DNA of 64,000 bases from Azolla caroliniana. Lineage: Eukaryota > Plantae > Polypodiophyta. The position numbers and the translations under genes are program-made. Shown one piece after another: positions 24,943 through 36,048 of the stretch. The notes beneath the pieces were generated by a model. The model was not told the origin of the DNA, did no database searches, and saw nothing but the letters and a program-made list of their open reading frames with translations. The DNA lies in NCBI GenBank assembly GCA_043228905.1, contig JBHGNT010000017.1:17546001-17610000 (forward strand). The letters are read 5' to 3'. Within the stretch, counting starts at the first letter, position 1; the number at the start of each line of letters is the position of its first letter.

Positions 24943-27900
24943 TTTTTTAAATAATAATAAAAACACTACTTCGCATTAGTTAGAAAATAGAATACAATAG
25001 AGTTTACCCAAATCCACAATGGGATCAACATATACAACTTGGAGGAACAACTCCAAAACTATCAAACAAAAACAACAAAAAACTCATTCGATCCTTAACT
25101 CAAACAAAACTGAAATAACCCCTATTTTACCCCGACTCCACATCTCCCAACTAACTCTTTTCTAACAACATTATCTGAGTAACATGATTATACTAACGCA
25201 CGCTTGTGTTAGCTATACATACATAATTACAACAAAAGTACAATATTGGGAGCCATCGGTGGAAACAGCCACCTAGGTGCCTGGTAATTCCACTTAGGCC
25301 TTAATGAATATTTGACTAGCATGGGAGAGTTGCTCCATTTTAGCAATAACTTTGACCTTGCCCTTTCGGCTTCTTCCGATTCCCCTTGAATCGAATCATA
25401 CCGACCGCGCAACCAAGCCACAAGATCAAATCAAATATTTAACATCATCTCCCCACATGAGAGCTTTTGTTGCTGAAAAACAAACTTACAACGCTTGATC
25501 CAAATGTGCCAGGCCGTTAAACACGCCACCATAAGCCAAATCTCCTCAAAAAATTCAAAATTTGTACTTGGTCTCACCCCATCACATTGGAACACGCTAC
25601 CACCCTGCACTATAAATCCATGTCCTTGTGGGTTTAACCATTCACCCCAACTTTCCCCTTTTGGGGACAATCCTTGTATTGAGCCCCACACAACGTTCCC
25701 TTTCACACCACAGGCTGCCACGATTTGAAGGCTTTTAATCCAAATGGTAATCGCCTCTGGACAATTCCAAAGCATGTCCACATAACTTATAGTCAGCCTC
25801 ACCACCATGGGAGCTCAACCACTCGCCTACAGGTACCTCCTTGTGGCAAAGAAGCCACAACCAAGCCTTAATTTTTTCTGGCATATCTAATGCCCATAGT
25901 CTCCTCCAAAACGACTTCAAATCGTCATCTGAAATGCCTTTATCCTTCCAACTATTGCGAGTCATTACAACACCCACGGTTTTGGAGCCAATGATTCGTC
26001 TTCCTAGCTTGGTATTCTACTCAAAAAACTTTTTCAAGTTGTTTGTTCCTAGTGTCTGCCACCATACTTCCAATGGATCCCACTCCAACTCATATAAGGG
26101 TTTGTTATTGAAAAGCCATATTTTACAATCATGATCCAATGTCTTAGGGTTTGGGTTCAATTGCCAATTCTTACCCTCCAACACTGCCACCCGCACTGCC
26201 AACCACCTACCATCATTTGTCAAAGAACTTAAGTTACCCCACAAACGATCCTCACTAGTGGAGCACCTACCATGGATAAGTTGTGCATCGCCCTCACCTA
26301 CAAACCAGCATGACCAAACTGCCTCTTCCACAATCAACTTACCTAATCCATCAACAACCCCATGTATCAGCTGGGTTACCTTCTCTAGTCTTCCAGTAAT
26401 CCTACAACTAACAGCTTGACCCACCCGCCTCTTCATGTTGAAGACCTCCCAGTCGTGTACCGACCGAATCTTGTACCCTAGCATCCTCCCCCAAGGCAAG
26501 TACTTTTGTTGTCCAAGCATCATACCATCTTCACTTCTAATCCTAGGGTTCCAAAACAACGGTTGTCGTAGTTGTTCATCCAGTGTTTTCGGTTGCATTA
26601 AGGCCAACCCTTCTCTTCAACTTGTCCACGCCTTCATTATGACGCAAACCACCCTATCCTCCATGCTAGCTGGTTCTTTCAACTTTAGAGCTAGACTGAA
26701 CAACCACCATGTATTTGCGTGCCAAGGACCACCATTCCTGGGACACCAAAGGTCAATTCTATTCCTAAGGAGCACCTTCCACAATTCTGGTCCGGGTTGC
26801 AGACTTCGCACTAGAGCCTTACTTTGGTGAACCGGATCCACTAATCCAAGTCCTCCCTGATTCTTTGTCTTAATTAAACAACCCCACGCCACTTTAGCTG
26901 ACACCATCTCATTGTCTCTACCTGACCACAGGAACCCTCTCACAATTGCCTTAATATTTTTTATGCAAGCTTTGTCTAACAATTAACATGCCACTGAATG
27001 CCACATGGTGGCCAGCAAAATATGGTTCACCACCAAAACCCTACTAGCAAGGGAGAGCTTTACTGATGCCTACAGCCGAAGCTTTTTTCTAATTTTTTCT
27101 TTGACCTGCTCAAGCTGCTAATTTTTAGGTGTCTCAACTCCCACCAAAAAGCCCAAATACTTAATAGCCATGCCATTGGGGACCCATTGAAAATCAAGGT
27201 TAGGACACTATAACGGTCGTGGATTTGAACTTACCCAGAATCCTCTACTTTTGTTCCAGTTAATTTTCCCCGCCGACGCTTTGCAAAACCACTCAATCCG
27301 TCCTTCAACCTTCTCTAAATTAGCATCATTGCCTTGCAAGTAAAGCATAGTGTCATCTGCATAGTCAAAGTCTAGCAAATCCTTGCTCGCATGTGGAATA
27401 ACTAAACCCCTTATTCCTGCATCCGATCTGTTCAAAAAGAAAGAGAATGCCTCTGTAATAAATAAATAAAGATAGGGGGCCAGCGGGCACCCCTGTCTAA
27501 CAAACCTACGTAATGGAATTGATGGGCGACGATGCCCTGCCACTAACACCCTACTCGAACTTCCTTTGTAAAGGGTTAGCGCAACCGATCTCCATTTTAA
27601 AGGTAATCCCAACCTTTCCATGACTTTATCTAAAAAAGGCCATTGAACTTTTTCATATGCCTTCTCAAAGTCAAGCATGAGACAAGCAATGTGCTGATAG
27701 GTTTTCTTTGCCAAGGCAATCGCCTCCCAAAATGTCAACACATTATCAATTATGCATCTATTTTCCATGAACCCTGTTTGTCCAACATGGATTAGTTCTT
27801 GCAAGTAGGGTTTTACCCTCTTGGCTAGTATTTTGGCAAATATCTTATATATTGTGTTGAGCAGCGTGATCGGTCTCCATTGCCTTGCATCAATTGTTAC

Positions 27901-28003
27901 ACCTTGTACCTTAGGAATTAGAAATATCATCCCCTCTTGAAATTGCTCAAGTAAGTACCCAACATCCCATGCCTCTTTTAGCCGATCAAGCCAGATTTGG
28001 TTG
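24943..28003 (-). mobile_element. 5'-truncated L1-like LINE (ORF2 RT, zf-RVT, C-terminus), disrupted
   Basis: WRPITLLN, LDFEKAY, RQGCPLAP and YADD in 27208-27930; C-terminal WNYQAPRWLFPP; short A tail. TSD ATGTCAATCYATG at 24930-24942 and 28004-28016. Confidence 0.92.
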
Positions 28004-28401
28004 ATGTCAATCTATGGTTTTAACTTTAATTGATTATGATTATTTTAATTCTTAGCTTAGAAGCAAATCTTGTAATATGCTTTGGGAGTACACTCTAATC
28101 AAAATTAGAAGGGTAAATTTCTAATACTAATTGCAACACTTGATTATCACTTAAAAGTAAAGTTAACTCAAATTGATTTTATGTGTGGTTGTGCATATAT
28201 TGCAATAATAGAACAAGACATTGTTGGGTGATTCAATTGTTTATCCTTCAAGCTTCGATATTGTGGAACTACATTTTAAAATGTAAGTTACGATCTAACA
28301 TATTATGTAATATTAGCAAGTTATTATACAATATAGTTTTTGTATTATGTAAGCAATAACTTGAATATTTCTATTATATTGAAATGATATTATGTGAACA
28401 C

Positions 28402-28670
28402 CATAGTATGAACCATACGTCTCATACGTGCATTCACATTCGTGAATGTTTCAATCATTTGAGTATGGTAAACACTCTCAAAGAATGATAAATACCATAC
28501 TTTTGGATTAACTATTTATTATGAGGTAAATACACCTAAAAAAAAGAAAATAAAGAAAATAAAACTTTTAAAAAGGGGAAAAAAACACATGAATGTTTGA
28601 ATAATATTCGCATTCGTTTTCCAACGTAGGAAAACGAATGTTATACTGGACGAACACGAATTTTACGTTG
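28402..28670 (+). mobile_element. hAT-type MITE, family 2 copy 1
   Basis: Perfect 8-bp TSD GTGAACAC. Internal hairpin CATTCGTTTTCC-N6-GGAAAACGAATG. An inverted copy lies at 39557-39837. Confidence 0.85.
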
Positions 28671-28886
28671 GTGAACACTATCCGGATTGTCTCTATTTTT
28701 GTATTGAAATGAAAGAATTTCTAGTAATGAAATGTATAACAATATAGCATTATACAGAGCTTCTCTAGTAATGATATGTTAGTTTTTGAACTCTTATGTC
28801 ATATGACACACATATTTAAGAAACCCATCAAATTTATTCCATTGTTGGGACCAGTGGATGGAATATGGTGAATATTAAAAGAACTA

Positions 28887-29282
28887 TGAAGTGTCAAAGT
28901 CTCTGATAATTAATCATTTACGTACAACTTGGTAGTCATATTTGGAACCATTCTCTAAATAGGTTGTAGGCTAGCTCTTTAGTTCATACAATGGAACCAT
29001 TCTCTAGATAGGTTGCAGGCTAGCTCTTTAGTTCATACAATGGAACCATTCTCTAGATAGGTTGTAGGCTAGTTCTTTAGGAATGGAAGTTTTTGCAATA
29101 TCACAATTTATGAAGTGTCAAAGGTCTCTGATAATTAATCATTTACTTACAACTTGGTAGTCATATTGGAACCATTCTCTAGATAGGTTGCAACCTAGCT
29201 CTTTAGTTCATACAATGGAAACATTCTCTAGATAGGTTGTAGGCTAGTTCTTTAGGAATGGAAGTTTTGGCAATATCACAAT
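28887..29282. repeat. Nested tandem repeat: a ~49-bp unit inside a duplicated ~200-bp block
   Basis: TGGAACCATTCTCTAGATAGGTTG..GCTCTTTAGTTCATACAA occurs x3 then x2, each run preceded by TGAAGTGTCAAA. Confidence 0.85.
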
Positions 29283-30779
29283 ATTTCAAAAGTAATGCAC
29301 TTGTGTGTGAAAAGTGAGTGGAACCATCGGGGATTTGAACCATAGAGGATGGGAGTAATGAGTCATCAAGGATAGAGCGCACATGAATATCAATTTCCAT
29401 GAGTGATTTCTTTTGAGGGGTTAAGTTAGCCATTGGTCTAGTACTCTTGTGTGAATAGAACCTTTCTAGTTTGTATGTGTGTACATGTGTTAAATAGGTA
29501 TGTAATTAAGGATTAATTATTTTTGAAAGAAATATATTTTAGTGTCTACTTGTGTATGTGTTGTCAGTGATAGTATGTACATATGTCCACATGTTCAAAT
29601 GTAGGTATGTAAATATACATATACATAGAATTGTAGAACGTAATAAACATGTTCGTGCAAGGATACAAACGTTTGAAATGGTTAGGGAATGAACACGTTT
29701 GAAAAGGAAAAAATGTATGTTCCTTTTTCTTGTCTTTGGAAATTAACTTACCCTAGTGGTAAGTTGTTGTGTTGATATTGCCTATGTCTTGGCTTCGATT
29801 CCCAACTTTCTCATCTCTTCTCGTTAGTGTCACATCATAGCAAAATTTTACGATAGGGTCATGTTTTCTTCATATTCTCAAATATACGTTTTTGAACGTT
29901 TTTTTTTTCCCAAAAAAAACTCCTTCCATTTATAATTTATAATGACATATTTTGATTCAATCTCTATAGTTCATACTCATTTTTGTAAAGTTCTAAAGTG
30001 AAGAAATTGATACCTTCAGTAGTTGCGATATGAGAACATTGATAATTGCAAGATGAGCTCATCATCAATACAATTATGTCTTCTAACTATTTGATTTTTA
30101 TGTTCGTGCTTTCTAATGTTTAGTAGTTAAGCTATTCATAAGTTTTGAACTTTCAATTGTGTTGACATTTGATTCAATCAATATATAATATAGACCACAA
30201 TCTTTTTTTTTCCAACTTATAAATCCAATCCAACTTTGAGATGATTTACCATACACGTTTGATTGAGTATGTTACGTATGATTCATTTTATGCATAGAAT
30301 AATATGTGTGTGTGTGTGTGTGTACGTGTATGCACTTTGTAGATATTATTGGTATGTACATATATGTGTCTTCGATTGTGTCCTTATGTGTATAAGGTAT
30401 TATGTCCCAAATATCGTTGACTTAATACACACAAAGAACACATGATGAAGACAAAACACAGGACAAAAAAGCTTTGTATGTTATATATAACTCAAAAGTG
30501 TTACGAAAGAGTCCCAATATTGGGACAAAATTAAAATGTGAGTTCCAACAAGTCAGGACGAGTTGGGACAACACCACTATGATCCAAGGTAGAGAGCACC
30601 AAGAGCCAACTTCTGAAATGAGGAAATGGGTGAAGGGTACGAATTCATCCATCTCGAATGTCGGGGCTCTTATTTGGCGGAGTCATTTCAACCTCAAAAA
30701 TTGGAACCGGGTTGCCTTAACTTGTTCATAAATGTCATGATGATATATTCTTCTTCTGCTTGTTGTATTGTGGGAGGTT

Positions 30780-31401
30780 CTTATTTACTTCACCCCAGTT
30801 CTTGATTAACTCACACTAGCACCATCATCATCTTCTAGAAGAACTCCAAGTCTCATCCTTTCATCGTGGTCAGCAAACTTCAAGAACATAAGCACTTTAT
30901 TCACCAGCACCAGTATTTGTTGTTGCTTTGAAAGTTGAGCAAAGTGGTACTCAAGCTCAAGGAATGCCACCAAAGCATTCTTGTAGTATTTCTTTGATGC
31001 GGCCCATTTGTCAAACTCATAGTGACTTGCTCTTGTTAGGCCTTTATCTTTGAACTCTTTTTGTTATGCCATTTGAAAGGAATCCTATGATGTATGGGAT
31101 TGCTGAAGCTTAACAATCTCTTTATGTAGATCAAAGGACACCACGTGAATAAAGTACTTCAATTTGATTAATTCACGGACACCTTCTTGAAGCATCTCGT
31201 TGTTGTATGTATTTAAAAAATCCGACTTATTCACACCTTTTAACTAACTAGATGTTTCAACCAATTTATCAAACACGTTTTGTGCAGAATTCATTTCTTC
31301 TCATTCGCTTATCACCGTCTTCAACATCCTTGCCATCATCGACGTGAAGTTTTCATTTTGAGTAGTTATCCTCCCTTGCCGCTCATTTCACGTCGGGTTC
31401 A
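30780..31401 (-). pseudogene. Ancient gag and tRNA-Trp PBS remnant of the G2 gypsy lineage
   Basis: Translates to EFDKWAASKK..NKVLMFLK..ERMRLGVLLEDDDGA versus G2 DFDQWVASAK..DKVLLFVR..EREAIGIELEDDDGA. TGAACCCGACGTG at 31389-31401. Confidence 0.75.
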
Positions 31402-33491
31402 TTTTTGAAACTCTTCATGCAATTATATAATCCCAAGTGTTACCAATCAATTTTCTATGTAAATTAGAAGCTCCACATGGTGGAGCATAACAACTTAATG
31501 GCCAAGGAAGAAGCATTCAACGTGATTTGCATTGCTAAGAAGTGTTGATATTAATGGTTAATTCTCCTTGAGCATGATGAACCTTAGTGCCTTTGTCTAT
31601 TTGGTCAGTAAGTCTATACTAACTTGAAAAAGAGAAAGATGGATGCCAATATCGTGAATTCAAGATCATCATCTTTCATATGCTCAATGCCCTACATGTA
31701 GTTGCAAATTACTTATTGATGTTGTTCTAGTTTCGATCTATGTTGATAGTTATGATGAACCTCTCAAGTAAGGTGGATAATATCATTGATTCTCTTCACT
31801 TAATTATAAGATGTAACCCTTCATAATTATCAATATATAAGATAAACCATCAAAGTGGAACAATGAACACTTGACACTTGGCATCACCAAATGAAAATGG
31901 GAGAAGATGGTGAGATAAGTTTAAAGTAGAATGAAAGGACAAACAAAGCTAAGGACCTTGATGAGTAGATTGAAGAAGTGATGCGAGTTAAGACTAAATG
32001 AAAATGACAGTGTTATATGTTTGATACTGATAAGTGCATTGAATGAACTAGATTTACACAAATCATAAATATGTAGATGGGACATAATGCCCCATGCATT
32101 AAATGTCATAATCAATAAACTTGAGCAAATAAAATTCTTTGTTATGGCAACACAAATCATAAATATGTAGATGGATCATGGAACATAACGCCCCATGCAT
32201 TAGATGTCATCATTAATAAACTCGAGCAAATAAAATTCTTTGTTATGGCATTAGAGTATGGAGGCATATCAATGCAAAGAAAAGAAGAATGATAATTGTG
32301 TTGTGATTTTGAGGATATCTCTATCACAAGATGACATCATAGCTATAGAAGGTCAATACAAAGAACTTACAATAAATGTAGTGAAATAAAAATCATGTTG
32401 ACCAAATTCTCCAATGAAGAGAAGTTAAATGGAATGCCACACAATTTACTTCTCATGCCAATGCCAAACAATATCTAGGGCTTCATTAAGAAAACTTTTG
32501 TTGCATAAAGCTACATTATAACATGTGAGATCGGTGGTTGTATAAATCAACATGACACTAGTCAAATGGAAAAGCAAAGTGAGTACTACCAATTAAATGT
32601 GATGCACACACAAACAATAAAGTTTTAGTTGTGTATGAAATGAGTTTTTTATTTGCTCCAAATAATTTAGAGATGAAAGCCCAAATGAAAAACTAAATTC
32701 CATTCTCACAACTTGTTTAGAGATGAAGGTGTGTGTTGCATGTACTTTAAAGAATCCTCAAGTGCAACTAGTGTTTATTCATGCTGCTTACTTGTAAGAA
32801 AGTTTTTGTTTAGTTTTTCATAACAGATGAAAACAAAGGATTATGGTCATGTTACATTTAATATAACATGATATATTTTATTGTACATTCCATACATGCT
32901 ACCCTAATGCATGTAAAAAGAAAAAGTATACAAATACTAGAAGCAAGTGAAATCTCTCTTTCACACTCATGACAAATAAGATCATCATAAATATTATAGG
33001 ATTTGGGCAAGAATGGCCTGAAAGATGCAATATATTGATCTCTTTGGTCTAATTACGAAGACTAAATATCAAGATTAGATTTCTACTTGACTATGCTAAC
33101 ATTTTCACGATTTGCCTACTTCATCTCATCATAGATAGTATCAAGATTGATTTATATGCTCTATCATACAATTTAGGTTTACACGATGCTTTGAAACCAA
33201 ATCTACATGGTTATCTCTTTGAGTGTATCATTGATAATTGCATGTTTGGTGTAATTACCATATGAATAATGTGGATGTATGTTATATTATATTGGTTGAA
33301 GTCGGATTTATATTTGTCTCTTGTGATCCGTTACCATCTTACAATGCAAGTGGCGACAATGTCATGTAACTCGTAAGGACTGCCAATTTATTCTCATTAT
33401 GGTTTCATCATTCTCACATCCTCAATGTTAAAGACAAGATTAGCTTGTGCTTAAGTGTGACCATTGCGGGCACAAAAGATCATGTGCTCCT

Positions 33492-33494
<3 letters not shown>

Positions 33495-33574
<80 letters not shown>

Positions 33575-33600
33575 TACATACATACATACATACATACACG
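33495..33600. repeat. (CA)n/(TACA)n microsatellite 3' of RLK gene 1
   Basis: Directly visible. Confidence 0.95.
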
Positions 33601-33673
33601 TACACGTACATTACTGCTGACATTATTTTCTCTGGATACAATGCAAAATCTCCTTTTCTTTGGCTCACAAACA

Positions 33674-34110
33674 CTATGGAGAGGAAGGTCCAGAGCCCAA
33701 CGAAGCAGGTTCGGCAGTACAATGTGAGCTGGTATCAACATATGCAGATCCAGGTGATGCTTCCACTTCAACCTGAATTACCTTTCCTTGCTTCAGAAGA
33801 ACTAATGCATCCAGCACATCCAACATTGTTGGCCGATCTTTCGGAGATTCCTTGGTACAAGCCAATGCCAAAGCCAATACACTGTATATGCTCTCCTGGG
33901 CTGCTAATCCATCTTGGATTTCCTTCTTGAGGTCTAGATCAATCACATTCATCCAATTACCGTGTACCGCGGATTGCACCCATTTGGGTAGGCTTTTTCC
34001 GTCCGTGAAAATGTTGCTGGTCGGGCGCTGCTTTGTAATCATCTCTAATACCACCACCCCATAGCTATACACATCCACCTTGTCTGTCAATCTCTCACCA
34101 TATGCATATT
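33674..34110 (-). CDS. RLK1 exon 3 (kinase C-lobe)
   Basis: Acceptor GGCAG|AA; EYAYG..KVDVYSYGVVVLEM..DRPTM; TAG stop. Confidence 0.92.
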
Positions 34111-35966
34111 CTGCCAATTGCAAAACAGGGCAAATCATATAGAGCCATCAAAATTAATTCCTCCCTCTTTGGTACTTCACCACTAATGAACAGATGATGG
34201 AGAAGGCTGACCCCCATGACACTTTTGGAAAGGCTTGCTCCAGTTTGAAGCATTGGGAGTCAAACCTTACAATACTACACAGGTTGCAGGGGTAGACACA
34301 GATCAGACTTCTTGCATAGGTCTGCATCTCCCCTGATAAAGTGCCATGGAGTCATCAAAGAGCAAGCAGAAGAATGAGGACATCAACTCAGACCATGAGA
34401 ACCAGGAACATATCACATGAGCCATACCCACACAAAATTATGCCGTCGTGTCCTATCTGTCCAAGGACACCCAGAACACTCAGCTTACTAGATGGCATTG
34501 CAGGATGCATGACCTTGCGGTCTCCACCAGACGGCCTTACAAAACAGCTACATCCATCTGGTCATCAATTCAGCTCCTCTTTATCACTGTGAGAGTTACA
34601 CGTCTAGTGAAGTTGCTATGCTTTTTAAAGAGGGGCTACAACCTCTCATATCCATTGCATTGCTCATCGAGATGAGACTGCGCAATACATATGGGGTTAA
34701 ACTGAGAGTTGATGAGGATGAACCTGTATACATTGCCATGTGTTATTTCCCTCCTGTTATAGCACTTTCTGTTATGCCTCAGAGGAACTTCAGAGGGACT
34801 TCCAGAGCCCATTCATTCCAGTACTGGAGTGAAATAGGGATTTACTGTTGCTTTCGCAGAGCTTTCAACACAATCCCTATAGTGAGCTTGTTTAGAGGGT
34901 AACAGGATTTGGGAATTCCTTGAGAATGCCAATGGAGGATCATGGCATTTTATCAGAAAGTAGTGGGCAGAATATGAACTTCAGAGGGACTTCCACTATT
35001 GGACTGAAACGGGGATGCCTGCACTCTCCGATATTCTTTGGGCTCTATGTTGATGATCTCTCTAATTATATTGAGAGAAGAGGTATACAGCACTGAGAGG
35101 ACTAGAGAGCCGAGTCTGGACCCCCATTGCACTTCTCAAGGCATGCTTGATGAGTAGAGATTTATAGAGAAATCTTTTGTATCCATGATCTTGAGAATGA
35201 TTTGGGCTAAAGCATCCATACCCCACAATATTTCATGTTGGTATGCCCATCTGGGCCATTCTCCGAAGTTGTGGATTTCTACTATCATAGATGCTTCTGG
35301 TTGTTCCTAATAGAGTCTACAGATTTAGAGAGTCTCTCGTGAAGAGTAGCTGGCCAGCATAGCCTGTATAAAGGCAGATGATAGACTTCTTTAGAAGACC
35401 ATGCCAAGAATTCACAGAGCAAGCACAACCAAACCTCATAGAGGGATATTGCTTGACTGAGCACTTCATTTAGCATACTCTAGGCGCCTAAAGATAAAAG
35501 GATTGTCACGTAGAAGATGTAACCTGTAACAGAAGATACATCGCACTATCATCTGAGATCCGACAGCTTCCATAGGCAGTTCACAAAGGAGAACAGTCAT
35601 GCCATACAACATCATCCTCTGAGAGGGTTCATGTATTTATTTTTCTTCTGTACACTGTATCCTTCACAATATCTTTATCTTCTTGCATCTTCCCACTTCT
35701 AATGGACATGCACGCCTCTAATACACAGAAAAAATCATTCTTTAGGGTCTTCTCTAACTCTAGCCTCATACTCTCATGTTATATTAGTTCTCGTAGACCC
35801 ATCCATTCTACTTCTCCATTTTTAACTCTCCCATTACTGTTTTCTTTTTCCATTAATTCACATCAGATACTTACATCATGCACTACTTGGTAGCTGGAAC
35901 ATTGGTCTCACCAGCCATTTTCGTTTTCTTAAGACGTTAATACCACATTTCACTTCATTTCTCCCT

Positions 35967-36048
<82 letters not shown>

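Noticed and set aside
29325-29810. B-box-like motifs (GGGATTTGAACC ~29330, GGCTTCGATTCCC ~29790; also ~48972) as tRNA genes
   Set aside because: No cloverleaf can be folded. At most these are very decayed SINE traces.
31420-32460. Possible copia gag remnants and a ~95-bp duplication
   Set aside because: Too degraded to assign boundaries or family.
33445-33930. His/Thr-repeat ORFs
   Set aside because: (CA)n microsatellite and antisense of RLK1 exon 3.
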